The notes under the pieces were generated by a model. The model did not search any database and was not told the origin of the DNA. It saw only the letters and a program-made list of their open reading frames with translations. The position numbers and the translations under genes were made by a program. From positions 25,866 to 89,865 of the forward strand of contig JACRJQ010000008.1 of assembly GCA_016215405.1 (NCBI GenBank): a DNA stretch of 64,000 nucleotides, written 5' to 3'. Of this stretch, positions 37,201-47,778 are shown piece after piece; within the stretch, counting starts at the first letter, position 1; each line of letters begins with the position of its first letter. Source of the stretch: Candidatus Tayloriibacteriota bacterium. Its GTDB lineage: Bacteria; Patescibacteriota; Minisyncoccia; Phycocordibacterales; UBA6065.

Positions 37201-37860
37201 ACGGTCTGAACCCAGCTCACGTGCCTTTTTAATTGGCGAACAGCCAAACCCTTGGGACCTTCTCCAGCCCCAGGATAAGACGAGCCGACATCGAGGTGCC
37301 GAACTCCGCCGTCGATATGAACTCTTAGGCGGAACGAGCCTGTTATCCCTAGAGTAGCTTTTGTCCGATAATCTTCCCCCGCATCTAATGCGTAAGGTCG
37401 GTTCACTTAGCTCTGCTTTCGCATCTGCTCGACAAGTACGTCTTACAGTTAAGCAAGTTTATGCCCATACACTATCGCCACGGTTTCCATTCGCGGCTAA
37501 CTTACCTTAATAGGCTCCTCCGTTACTTTTTAGGAGGATAGCGCCCCACTAAAACTACCCACCAGATACTGTCTCCCGCGGTTTTTGCCCTCGGGGTTAG
37601 AACATACAACGGCGAAGAACGCTATTTCACTGGCGACTCCATGCTGGCCGAAACCGCACTTCAAAGTCTCACGTCTATGCTACGCATCGCAATCGTATGC
37701 TCAATATCAAGCTGTAGTAAAGCTTCTAGGGTCTTTTCGTCTAACTGCAGGTACCCGGCATCTTCACCGGGATTGTATTTTCACCGAGCTGTACTTCGAG
37801 ACAGTTGCCCAGACGTTACACTATTCAACGCGTCAGAACTTACCTGACAAGGAATTGCGC

Positions 37861-38073
37861 TCAACTATTCCTCAGAGTTGGACTCTATCTTCAGCCTCTC
37901 TTTTAAGGGAGTAGGCTGCGCGGCGTTGGTCTCTATTTGACCGCGTACGGACTGACGGTGCATTACTGCCACCTCAGGTAGCTATCTGTGTAATTTCTAT
38001 TAGGCTCTTATTTATCAACACAACTATAGATCCGTCCCAGTCCTTCTGCATCCTTCCGAAGAAAGATGCAGAA
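37861..38073 (-). other. ~210-nt ORF-less insertion (putative intron) in 23S at the E. coli ~1925-1931 site.
   Basis: It interrupts the conserved ggtcctaagg|tagcgaaattccttgtcgg. The flanking sequence matches E. coli on both sides. Confidence 0.5.
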
Positions 38074-38917
38074 CCTTAGGACGGTTATAGTTACCGCCGA
38101 CATTCACCAGGGCTTACATTCATCAGCTTGATATAATCGCACCGCAAATGGTTGACCTTCTGGCATTGGTCAAGTGTCACCCCCTATACATCCTCTTACG
38201 AGTTCGCAGGGAGCTGTGTTTTTGATAAACAGTCGCCAGGCATACTTTAGCTGCGGCCCCTTGAGTAAACAAAGGGCAAGCCTTATCGCTAACTTACGGC
38301 TGCTTTTTTGCCGAGTTCCTTGAAGTACCTTCACTCGTTCGCCTTCGTCTTCTCGACGTGATCACCTGTTTCGGTTTTCGGTACGGATCACCTCCGGTTG
38401 TGCTTAGAGACTTTTCTTGAAAGCGCGCTTTGCATAGTTCCCCGTAGCAAGCTACGGCTTCCCTCCTGTCTTTAGGCTCGCTAATTGAATAGCTGCTTGC
38501 GGGATTTTCCTCGCAAACGCCCTCTGACCAAAGACCCCAATCCAATAAGGGGCTACGCATACTGTGCTCCGTCATCCCATCGCACCGGGTGTGAGTCACG
38601 GAATATTAACCGTGTGTCCATCAGGTACGGCTTTCGCCATCCCCTTAGGCCCGACTAACCCTTCGCTGATATCCATTGCGAAGGAAACCTTAATCTTTCG
38701 GCGTGCGGATATCCCATCCGCATTGTGGTTACTTGTGCCAACATTCTTACTTCTCTACGCTCCAGCATGGGTCACCCCTTTGCCTTCAGCGCGAAGAGAA
38801 TACTCTCCTACCAGAACATCTATACGAATATAGATGCAATCCTCAGTTTCGGTATCATGCTTTAACCCCGATCATCTGCGGCGCAGACTCTCTAAGTGAG
38901 TGAGCTGTTACGCTTTC

Positions 38918-38949
<32 letters not shown>

Positions 38950-39529
38950 TCACCGTCGAAGAAAATCCACCACCTCCCTTGTACTTAGCATGAATTTTGG
39001 GACCTTAAATTGAGATTCGGGCTGTTTCCCTTTTGTCTAATGGAGCTTAGCCCCCACAGACTTACTGCCGTTCTTTTGACCAGAGGTATTCGGAGTTTGA
39101 TAGGTTCTGCGATCTTTCGACCTGTCAGAATCTTCCAGTGCTCTACCCCCTCTGGGAACGAACGACGCTATGCCAAAACATATTTCGGAGAGAACCAGCT
39201 ATTACCGAGTTCGATGAGCTTATCACTCCATACCACATGTCATCGCAGAGTATTGCACGTCTCTAGCGTTCGGTCCTTCCTCTATCTTTCGACAGAGTTC
39301 AACCTGCACATGGCAAGCTCACCCGGCTTCGGGTCTGATACGTACTACTTTGTCGCGCTATTCACACTCGGTTTCCCTGCGGCTCCGGGCATTCAAGCCC
39401 TTAGCCTTGCAGCACGCATCAACTCGTTGGCTCATTCTTCAATAGGCACGCCGTGACGGTAATAAATTACCGCTCCGACTCCTTGTAAGCATATGGTTTC
39501 AGTTCTATTTCACCTCCCTCTCCGGGATA

Positions 39530-39569
<40 letters not shown>

Positions 39570-40442
39570 TTCTGGAATATTTAGCCTTAGCGGTTAGTTC
39601 CGCCAGATTCCCTCAGGCTATTCGTGTCCTGAGGTACTCAAGAATGGCAATAAAAGAGGTGTTTCGCTTTCGCGCACGGGACTATCACCCTCTGGGGTCT
39701 GTCTTTCCAGACAATTACGCTAACGAAACACTTTGTAACTCTTTCCACTATAAATAGTGACACTGCCACCTTACTACCCCCGATCTTAATCGCGTCCTAC
39801 GTCTTGCGACATAATCCGCGATTAAGACCGAGTTTGGGCTATTTCGCTTTCGCTCGCCACTACTAACGAAATGTTGTCGACATACATCGACATTGTTTTC
39901 TCTTCCTCCTGGTACTGAAATGTTTTACTTCCCAGGGTACGCTCATTCATGTCAAGCATGAATGTCTCTGGTATCTCTACCAGAGGAGTTGCCTCATTCG
40001 GAAACGACCGGATTAACGCCTGTTCAGCGGCTCCCCGATCATATCGTTGCTACACAACGTCCTTCATCGCTTCTCAGAAGCCTAGGCATCCACCATATGC
40101 TCTTAAATTTCCTATTAGGAAATTTAAAAACCACTTAACTTCTCTCAATGATATCGGCCTGCTTACAACAGACCGACATACAATTCATTTTTACCTGTTG
40201 CCCGTTTCTTTTGGTAAAGAAACGGTTTATCTCGATCTACCGTCTATAGATAGATGAGAATCGTCTCGCGCTCTTCTTTTGACGGGCCGACCTGGCCCTA
40301 AGCGCGTACGGGGTTTCGTTTTCAAATAACTCTCTGAAAGAAAAACCGCTCTTCGGAGAGCGGCATCGGAACAGGGCCAAATCAATGGCCTATTTGATGC
40401 GCGTTCTCTTAAGGGGATTCAACATATTCAGAGGTAGCCATA

Positions 40443-40470
40443 AGTATACTTACCCGCGTTTTAGAGTCAA
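40443..40470 (-). promoter_or_regulatory. Putative 23S rRNA promoter TTGACT-N16-TATACT.
   Basis: Reverse complement: cttgactctaaaacgcgggtaagtatact. It contains the 14-nt palindrome gtaagtatacttac. Confidence 0.4.
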
Positions 40471-40541
40471 GCTTTTTTCAACGATTCCGCCTTTTCGTCA
40501 AAGCCTCCGCCCTGTCGCGGCTCTGTGGAGCCATAGATTAC

Positions 40542-40570
40542 TTGACATAATCAGATATATGGTGTATAAT
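40542..40570 (+). promoter_or_regulatory. Consensus sigma70 promoter TTGACA-N17-TATAAT (divergent from the rRNA promoter) for the 40677 gene.
   Basis: ttgacataatcagatatatggtgtataat. Confidence 0.45.
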
Positions 40571-40676
40571 ATATTTATATAAGTTCATTGAGAAAGGCCC
40601 GGATTTGAGGGTTGAAATCGCGGATACGGCGGGAATTCCCCTGCCCTATGCCACGAAACAGCCCTCAAGTTCGACC

Positions 40677-41120
40677 ATGAAAAAGATATCGTTAGTCCTA
40701 CTCTCGATCCTCATCCTCGCCCTCGATTGTCACGCACGAGGAAGAGGCGGCCTCGGCGGGCGCTCGCGCACCGTCTATAGAGAGAAGGAAAAGGTCGTGT
40801 ATGTCCTTTGTGACGAGTGCAAAGCCCACATGCCGACGATCTCGGCGCCCGAAGATCTCTCCGGGATCAAGGTGAGCTCGGACGAATACGGCTGGACACG
40901 GATCGAAGCGCCCATCAAGGACGGCCGGGCGATCATGGCTCTCAGAAGCAAGGATCGGCTCGACTCCCTCACCTTGGAACAAAACGGCAAGGTGGTGTTC
41001 AGATCGAGCTACACAGGAAACGGATACGAGACCGATCGCGAGACCGAGAGAGTGTCTACCGACCGAGATGAGTGGTTTCGGTTCATGCAAAAGATACCGC
41101 TCATCATCCTCGAAAAATAG
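40677..41120 (+). CDS. Small secreted protein (147 aa) with a signal peptide.
   Basis: MKKISLVLLSILILALDCHARG... The start was chosen at the internal Met after the promoter. Confidence 0.5.
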   Translation: MKKISLVLLSILILALDCHARGRGGLGGRSRTVYREKEKVVYVLCDECKAHMPTISAPEDLSGIKVSSDEYGWTRIEAPIKDGRAIMALRSKDRLDSLTLEQNGKVVFRSSYTGNGYETDRETERVSTDRDEWFRFMQKIPLIILEK

Positions 41121-41258
41121 CGGTATCCCGCTCCGCTCAAGATAGATGTCGGCAACATCTATCAAAGCCCGCGCCTCGAAAGAGCTGCGGGTTTTGTTTT
41201 GTGCGAAAAAGCCGGCGGCGCATGTGCGCCGCCGGCTCTCTGTCTCAAAGAGACGGGG

Positions 41259-42302
41259 CTAGCTTCTCCAGAAGCTCTTTGCCGCCCTCCAACCGTACTT
41301 AGCGACGACGAGCGCTATCGCTATATAGACGAGCCACTGGATGACGACGAAGACGAATGCTACGAGGCCGACCGTGATCTCTTGGATGATGCGGTTTATG
41401 TCGTAGACGAAGTCGCGCACCGCCTGCTTCCATGAGTCCCCTATCGACCTTCCATCGACGTACTTGTTCTCGTAGACCGAGACTCGGAAATACGTGTAGT
41501 CGAGCTTGTCGAGCTCTCGGGCCTTGGCCTGCGCGAGATAGTCGAGCTGGCTATTTATGTTTATGCGCTCCTGGGTGAGGCGCTCGATGATGCCCACCTT
41601 GCTGTCGATTATCTTCGCGAGGGCGCCGGTGTCTTGCGATCGCGTCGCGATCGCGGTTATCTCGTCGTAGGCCGCCATCGCGCTTTTAAGCGTCTGGTCG
41701 ATGGCCGAGAGCTTGGACTTGAGGATATCCGTCTGCGAGGTAAAGTCCTCGACCTGATTCTTTATCGTGCGCACGTTCTCCGAGAGGTCCCTCGGGTCGA
41801 GCTTCTCGATGGCGGTGAGGACCTCGTTCACGCTCTTCCGTTCCACCTTAAAGACATGGTCGCATCCCCGGTCGTACGAGTTCGAGGACTCGAAGACGAC
41901 ATAGTCTTTCGCCTTCAGCGAGAGTATCGCCCCGCATGTCGCCTCGAGGTCGCCGGTCTCTATGGTCGCGCTGTATTCCGTCACCTCGAACGCCTCGGCG
42001 TCAGAGCCTGTAGTCCCTCCGCCGTAGTAAGGCATGGCGTTCCTATACGAGAGAGCCGGAGCTCCGGCGGCCTGGGTTGCCATCATCTTCTCTTCGAACA
42101 TCCTAGACTCCGCCATGTCGTAGGACGGAGCCATCGGAGCCACCATATTGAAAGCGACTCCTCCCCATCCCATCCCCATTCCGCGCCTCTCAGGCGAGAG
42201 AGCGCCGAGCACGGCGCCGAGCACTATCACGCCGACGAGCGCGGCGGCCGCTATCTTAAGAGCCTTCGTAGGGTTCTCCCTTATCTTCCTTAAAAATTCC
42301 AT
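41259..42302 (-). CDS. Membrane-anchored coiled-coil protein (DUF4349-like).
   Basis: N-terminal TM, Met-rich region, coiled coil, C-terminal TM helix (VGLVAFVFVVIQWLVYIAIALVV). Confidence 0.5.
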   Translation of the reverse strand: MEFLRKIRENPTKALKIAAAALVGVIVLGAVLGALSPERRGMGMGWGGVAFNMVAPMAPSYDMAESRMFEEKMMATQAAGAPALSYRNAMPYYGGGTTGSDAEAFEVTEYSATIETGDLEATCGAILSLKAKDYVVFESSNSYDRGCDHVFKVERKSVNEVLTAIEKLDPRDLSENVRTIKNQVEDFTSQTDILKSKLSAIDQTLKSAMAAYDEITAIATRSQDTGALAKIIDSKVGIIERLTQERININSQLDYLAQAKARELDKLDYTYFRVSVYENKYVDGRSIGDSWKQAVRDFVYDINRIIQEITVGLVAFVFVVIQWLVYIAIALVVAKYGWRAAKSFWRS

Positions 42303-42385
42303 ATGGGTTCGGTTAACCTTTCCTGATATGCCTCCAATTATAGCAAAAGCCGGGGCTCCAAAGCCCCGGCTCGCTCTGCCCCGCC

Positions 42386-42799
42386 TTATGCGGAGACCGA
42401 CGCTCCCCCTTTCTTTCCGACAGGGATAGCGAACTTTCCCGCGCCAGAGACCATGAGCCCGAAAAGGCCCGATATTATGGCGAGGACCGGCATGAGCGCC
42501 TGGAACACCGCGATGTTCATGGCCGCCGCTCCCTTGTAGCTATAGAACGAGGCGCCCACCATGATGACAAAGAGCCCCATCGAGGCGAGCTCGATCCAGA
42601 GGCCGAGTATGACCGCGAGCCCTCCAGCGATCTCGGCGTAGGCCACGAGGTAAGCGACGAAGGCTGGTAGACCCATCTGCCCGAAATATCCGACCGTCAT
42701 AGTCATGTCGGCGACCTTCATCCATCCGGCGCTTAGGAATATGCCTCCTATGATGAGGCGGGCGGCGAAGAGAAGGACGTCCTTGTATCGAGTGAGCAT
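42386..42799 (-). CDS. DoxX family membrane protein.
   Basis: 137 aa, 4 TM. LFAARLIIGGIFLSAGWMKV is a typical DoxX N-terminus. Confidence 0.75.
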   Translation of the reverse strand: MLTRYKDVLLFAARLIIGGIFLSAGWMKVADMTMTVGYFGQMGLPAFVAYLVAYAEIAGGLAVILGLWIELASMGLFVIMVGASFYSYKGAAAMNIAVFQALMPVLAIISGLFGLMVSGAGKFAIPVGKKGGASVSA

Positions 42800-42881
42800 C
42801 TGCGTTTGGTTAAACCCTTATAATGCCTTCCTATGATAGCAAAAGCCGTCTGCCTTGGGCAGACGGCTTTTGGGGAGAGTA

Positions 42882-43580
42882 TTACTGATGGCTCTTTATC
42901 TCGTCGCGAGTCCTCTCGATCCAGCGGGCCGCAGCCTCCTGGCCGCCGAGGCCGAAAGCGAGGCCGAACGCCAAAGCGAGAGCTACTACCACGCCGGTAA
43001 AGAGGGTCTGGATGAATCCAACCGCGATGCCGAGCTGTACGAGCGCGGCGAGGAGGGCGAAGATCCAGATAGCCCACTTCGTGACCGCGCCGAGGAAGTT
43101 CGCGGAGCGAACATTCGCTGCCTTTGCGGACGAAGCGACGATCCTCGAAAGGACGTCTGCGATGACGACCGAGACGAGGAGGATAAGGACGGCGACGATG
43201 ACCTGAGGCAAGTAGAGAAGGACTACCTGCTGGAGGAACATGTTCACCTGAGTAAGGCCGAGGACGTCAAAGGCCGCTACGAGGAACGCTACGATGACGA
43301 ACCACTTCACAAGGCCGCCTACGAAGGCGCCCGAGTTGAGGTTGACGCCAGCGCGCTTCACGACGTTGCCGAAGCCCGCCTGCTCGAGCGCGGCGTCAAG
43401 CTTGATAGCGCGGATAAGATGCGCGATAAGCTTGCCTACGAGAGCGCCCACTATCCAGCCGATGATGAAGATGACGACGGCTGCGATGAGATTTGGGAGG
43501 AATTCGATCGTGCCTGACCAGATGCCCTGGAAAGCGCCCGATATCGTGTTTCCCCACGTTTGGAGTACCATGATAATCAA
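42882..43580 (-). CDS. Membrane protein with tandem conserved-TM-helix repeats (MscS-associated TM_helix-like).
   Basis: Two similar segments, each with a TM helix followed by (L/I)xxA(G/A)VxLNxGAFVGG-like loops. Confidence 0.45.
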   Translation of the reverse strand: MIIMVLQTWGNTISGAFQGIWSGTIEFLPNLIAAVVIFIIGWIVGALVGKLIAHLIRAIKLDAALEQAGFGNVVKRAGVNLNSGAFVGGLVKWFVIVAFLVAAFDVLGLTQVNMFLQQVVLLYLPQVIVAVLILLVSVVIADVLSRIVASSAKAANVRSANFLGAVTKWAIWIFALLAALVQLGIAVGFIQTLFTGVVVALALAFGLAFGLGGQEAAARWIERTRDEIKSHQ

Positions 43581-43729
43581 AATTAAGGGTAATGCTTGTA
43601 AATTCGTGTACTTGCTGCAGCGAAAGCCGCAACGACCTTTTGTACGGCTTTAATTATAGCAATTTAAAACCCCCGAGGCGGGGGTTATGTGGACAAGTGG
43701 GAATTCTTATTTGCCTCTGGGAGAAAGGC

Positions 43730-44386
43730 CTATGCCCGAGCGATGCCTATCTTGTCCACCAAGATAGTGTGGGGGTAATCCAAGACGTCGCGAATGAGCT
43801 TGTCGTTCATGCTCTTCCTGTATGCGAAATCGGGGGCCGAGAGCACCGAATAGCGGATATCTTTGCCCATATCGGACTCTATCCCGCGCACGACCCTCTC
43901 GAGAGCGGAAGCCTTCACGTTATCCCCTACCACGAAGAGGTCGATGCGGGCATCCGCGTCTTTCATGAATATCCCCGACACCAGGACAGCCTTGATGCGT
44001 CCCGCCTTCTCGAGCTTCTTTACTATCGTGCGGTTCTCGAGAGAGTGCGTGCGCACGAGGAAATCTGATAGCTCCTCTCTAAACTCGAACTTGCTATCGA
44101 GAGAGAACGCTTTCACCTTCTTCTTTTTCTCGACGACCTTCTTCCCCTTCTTGGCCGATACGAGGCGTATGAGCTTGGACTGCCTCACAAGGCCGATCTT
44201 TTTGAACGCCGCCACCTCCTTCTCTATGTCGCGAGGCTTCGCGTCGGTCTTTGCGCGTATGTGCTCGACATCGAAAGCTGAATCGGGATTGAAGAGGAAA
44301 AGCCTCATCATCTTTACCCGCAAGGTCGAGCCGAAGAGCGTAGAAAGGGTGTCCATTGCTGTTTGGTGCTGTTTAAGTGGGTGCAT
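43730..44386 (-). CDS. Hypothetical protein with an N-terminal winged-helix-like segment and a Lys-rich linker.
   Basis: LRVKMMRLFLFNPDSAFDVEHIRAKT, KKGKKVVEKKKKVK. The start is uncertain (an alternative Met lies at ~44356). Confidence 0.4.
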   Translation of the reverse strand: MHPLKQHQTAMDTLSTLFGSTLRVKMMRLFLFNPDSAFDVEHIRAKTDAKPRDIEKEVAAFKKIGLVRQSKLIRLVSAKKGKKVVEKKKKVKAFSLDSKFEFREELSDFLVRTHSLENRTIVKKLEKAGRIKAVLVSGIFMKDADARIDLFVVGDNVKASALERVVRGIESDMGKDIRYSVLSAPDFAYRKSMNDKLIRDVLDYPHTILVDKIGIARA

Positions 44387-44587
44387 TATATCACCGATTC
44401 CTAAACGAAAAAGCCGATCCGATCGACGGCTGACGCCCCTCCCAACAGACCTTCTCGAACCGGCCGTTTCTGCCTTTTTATCCTGCCTCTCTGCCTTAGA
44501 GCGCGATATGAAGGGCCTTTGACAAAAGGCAGCGAAGGTTTAACCTTATCGTGTTAGGTTCCTCCACAATTCAGCCCCCAACTGCAT

Positions 44588-45160
44588 ATGCCAAACAAGC
44601 TCCTCATCCCTCCATCCGTCCAGTTCGCGCTCCAGTCCGGCGAAGCGAAGGTCCCGCTCGGGCGTTACTTCCATACCGCGCGCATCGAGCACACCCTCGT
44701 CGAGATCGGCGCCAAGGCGTTCCTTTCCGACGGCAAGCTCGAAGTCTTCGAAGAGCAGGCCCCGGGCAAGGAGGTAAAGCTTCCCGCTGACCTTTGGAAG
44801 GCTGTCGGTTTCCCGGCGCGCAAGCTCTCGATCACCGAGGCCCAAGCCGCGTTCTCGCTCCTTCTTCGCGGCCTCAAAGCCACGTCAGGGTTCGAGTTCA
44901 AGCCGTCGAAGGCTCACGTCTTCGGGCCGGATATCGTCAACATGCTCGTCCGGGAGTCGGATTCGGCCCACCCCTTCGCCCGCGGCGCCATCTGCGACGG
45001 AAAGATCGTCCTTCCTGCCCTCTCTTTCCTCCACCAGATCAAATGCTCGTGCGGCAAGAGCCTCACGGTCTCTCATGGGCAATTCCTGAAGCTCCGCGAC
45101 AGTCGGGCCCGTCCGATCTGCGAGGGTTGCCCTCCGCAGGCGGTCGCGGCGGTCGCCTAA
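44588..45160 (+). CDS. Hypothetical protein with a C-terminal Cys cluster (C..CSCGK...C..C).
   Basis: 190 aa, ending GAICDGK...IKCSCGKSLTV...ICEGCPP. A terminator hairpin (gcgctcacccgagcgcggctttttta) follows. Confidence 0.4.
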   Translation: MPNKLLIPPSVQFALQSGEAKVPLGRYFHTARIEHTLVEIGAKAFLSDGKLEVFEEQAPGKEVKLPADLWKAVGFPARKLSITEAQAAFSLLLRGLKATSGFEFKPSKAHVFGPDIVNMLVRESDSAHPFARGAICDGKIVLPALSFLHQIKCSCGKSLTVSHGQFLKLRDSRARPICEGCPPQAVAAVA

Positions 45161-45391
45161 GAAGGCTCTCCGAAAGCAAAAGCGAGTCGCGCTCACCCGA
45201 GCGCGGCTTTTTTATCGAAAGGGCCGAAAGCGCTCCGAGGAGAAAGAGAAAACCACCCCGACGGGTGGTTTTCGTGTCTATTGAAGGATATCCGAGCGTT
45301 ACTTAAGCTCGACCTTATCACGGATGATTTTCTGCTGAAAATCTCCGCGACCCCGCCTCCCCGCCCAAGGCGGGTCCGGCCGAAAGGTCGC

Positions 45392-45760
45392 TTACTTAAG
45401 CTCGACCTTTCCTCCTGCTGCCTCGATGTCCTTCTTGAGCTTCTCCGCGTCCTCTTTCTTGACGCCTTCCTTGAGAACCTTAGGAGCTCCGTCGACGAGG
45501 TCCTTAGCCTCCTTGAGGCCGAGGCCGAGGGCCTCTTTGACGACCTTGATAACGTTGATCTTAGATGCGCCGCCGTCCTTAAGCTCTACCGTGAAGGTAG
45601 ACTTCTCCTCTGCCGCTGGGGCTGCCGCTGGGGCTGCCGCTACCGCTTGCGCCGAGACTCCGAACTTCTCCTCGAGATGCTTTACGAGCTCGTGGAGGTC
45701 GAGGACCGACATAGTGTCGAGCGAGTCGACGATTGCCTTGAACTTTGCTGGGGTTTCCAT
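45392..45760 (-). CDS. rplL: 50S ribosomal protein L7/L12.
   Basis: [35 protein letters not shown]...[34 protein letters not shown]. Confidence 0.95.
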   Translation of the reverse strand: METPAKFKAIVDSLDTMSVLDLHELVKHLEEKFGVSAQAVAAAPAAAPAAEEKSTFTVELKDGGASKINVIKVVKEALGLGLKEAKDLVDGAPKVLKEGVKKEDAEKLKKDIEAAGGKVELK

Positions 45761-45809
45761 TGTGATAATAGTGGTAACAGATTGCTAATATATATGTTCT
45801 ACTCTTCCG

Positions 45810-46346
45810 CTAAGCCGTAGGCGCTGCCGCTGGAGCCGCTGCCTGAGCCTCCGCCGGCGCTCCCTTCTTCTTCGCTATCTCGCTCGCCGCTATGACGAAG
45901 CGCTGTATAGGAGAGTTGATGAGATTGACGACCTGAGCGTAGAGGGTCTTCTTGTCTGGGATAGACGCGTACGAGACGACGTCTGCCTTCGTGATGAACT
46001 TCCCTTCGAAGATGCCTCCGAGGATCGAGAGCTTATCCTTGTTCTTCTTGAGGAAGCTTCCGACCTCGCGGGCGGTAGAGAGGTTGTCCGCGCTATACGC
46101 GACCGCGACCTCTGCTCCCATCTCCGGCCTCGATCCTTCGATCTTGGCTGCGTCGAGGGCCCTGCCCATAAGGGTCTTCTTGGAGACGAGGAAGCTCACG
46201 CCTTGGGCCTTGAAGCCTTTTCGCATGGCGTTAGCCTCGTTCACCTTGAGCCCCTTGAATCCGACGAAGACGGCTCCCTTCGAGCCCTTAAAGACCGTCT
46301 CGAGCTCCTGTATGAGCTCCTTCTTCCTGTCTTTGCTAAGTGGCAT
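45810..46346 (-). CDS. rplJ: 50S ribosomal protein L10.
   Basis: MPLSKDRKKELIQELETVFKGSKGAVFVGFKGLKVNEANAMRKGFKAQGV... Confidence 0.9.
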   Translation of the reverse strand: MPLSKDRKKELIQELETVFKGSKGAVFVGFKGLKVNEANAMRKGFKAQGVSFLVSKKTLMGRALDAAKIEGSRPEMGAEVAVAYSADNLSTAREVGSFLKKNKDKLSILGGIFEGKFITKADVVSYASIPDKKTLYAQVVNLINSPIQRFVIAASEIAKKKGAPAEAQAAAPAAAPTA

Positions 46347-46590
46347 TGATATTTTGCTGGATCCCGGCTTACGCCGGGAAGCTGCGCGCTTAGAGCTGAT
46401 AAATAAAAGGCCGCCGAATGGCGGATGGAGTGAATACCAGCATAGCCCTTAGGCAGACTGGTTTCGACCTCAGTAGGAGTGCCTCTTTCGAGGATTATGG
46501 CCTTATATTGGGCCACCTACTTTCTCCGGCCTTTCGGGATAGAGACTACCAGATAGTTCTCCCCATTTCAAGGCTTTGACGAATCGGCCG
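46347..46590 (-). promoter_or_regulatory. Probable L10 (rplJ) autoregulatory leader / 5'-UTR.
   Basis: A ~240-nt structured non-coding region directly upstream of rplJ, with several GC helices, in the position where bacterial L10 leaders occur. Confidence 0.35.
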
Positions 46591-46668
46591 CCGTGCCTAT
46601 ACTGAGACACGAACCCGTTCCCTGTCCCGGGAGAAAGGACAATACCTCAACTGACAGTTCCCCATCAC

Positions 46669-46830
46669 ATGTCCATCCGACACAAGAAGCGCCATCCCGA
46701 CATGGTCTCCAAGACCCACAACCGCAAGATGCTCGTCAGCGCCCTCCGCCGGGCCGGAAAACTCAAGCCCGGCGAATCGTCCTCGCCCTTCTCGACCGAC
46801 GAGCTTCGGACCATGGCGGGCGGTAAATAA
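46669..46830 (+). CDS. Possible small highly basic protein (53 aa).
   Basis: MSIRHKKRHPDMVSKTHNRKMLVSALRRAGKLKPGESSSPFSTDELRTMAGGK. GC3-rich codons. No SD and no homology recognised. Confidence 0.2.
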   Translation: MSIRHKKRHPDMVSKTHNRKMLVSALRRAGKLKPGESSSPFSTDELRTMAGGK

Positions 46831-46953
46831 GCCAGCCTTCTTCGGAAACACGCGACCGCGCGACCCTCTGGGCCGCGCGGTTTATATTTCTATCGCATAA
46901 AAAAGGCGTCCGCGCAGAGAGCGGACGCCTGAGAACCGGCCTTGAATCTGCAA

Positions 46954-47673
46954 TTACCCGCGGGCCGCCGCGAGGAGGTCGAGGAGGGAGCCTGCGCCTG
47001 TGCGGCCGCCGCGACCGATGAGCTCGGCGAGCCGATCGAGAGGATCGCCTTCGCCGTCATCGTCGCCGTCGTCCTTGGCTTCTTCGGAGAATTCGATCTC
47101 GATGCGCTCGAGCAGCTCGGCCTCGTGTTCCGGCGAGAGGCCGCGCTTCTTGACGTCGCGGATCGCGCGCTCCTTGTCGGTCATCTCCGTGACGATGCGC
47201 CAGCCTTCGACGAACGAGACGTCCTTGCCGTAGACCTCGGGGTAGAGGGCGTGAACGCACTGCCAGACGTCGGCGCGGATGGCGTCGGCGACCTGGGAGA
47301 GCGCTTTGATCTCGCCCTTCCGGACTTTGATCTCGGAGCGGTTCTTCGGCGTCTGAACCGCCTCGGCGAGATGCCGGTAGTGGATCATGAGCGAGAACAG
47401 CTCGCGGGTCCGTTGGTCAGCCTCGCCGACGACGAAATGCTCGTCCTCGTTGAACCGCTTGAGCGGCTGGTAGAGGTCTTCGGGCTTCGTGACGCGTCCG
47501 GCGAAGATCGCGGACTTCTCGGCGAGGTAGACGCTGTGGACGTTCGGGGGACGGCTCGGCGCTTGGGGCGCCGGGGGCGTTCCGTTCGACGAGGCGGCGG
47601 GGGCGGTAGCAGAAGCGCCAGAGCCTGAGGCTTGGGCGCGGCGGGATGTCTTGGCCGTGGTTGCTGATTTCAT
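46954..47673 (-). CDS. Hypothetical protein with an acidic C-terminal tail.
   Basis: Start taken at MKSATTAKTSRR. Low-complexity Ala/Pro N-region, then a globular region, then DDGDDDGEGD. Confidence 0.45.
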   Translation of the reverse strand: MKSATTAKTSRRAQASGSGASATAPAASSNGTPPAPQAPSRPPNVHSVYLAEKSAIFAGRVTKPEDLYQPLKRFNEDEHFVVGEADQRTRELFSLMIHYRHLAEAVQTPKNRSEIKVRKGEIKALSQVADAIRADVWQCVHALYPEVYGKDVSFVEGWRIVTEMTDKERAIRDVKKRGLSPEHEAELLERIEIEFSEEAKDDGDDDGEGDPLDRLAELIGRGGRTGAGSLLDLLAAARG

Positions 47674-47778
47674 GGTTTTATTGTTTTTCAGCCGTATTTC
47701 GCTGAAAGTTTGGAGAACATACGCCACATGGCGTAATCGCGACATTAAAACAATATAGTAAAAATGTCAATCTTCTAG

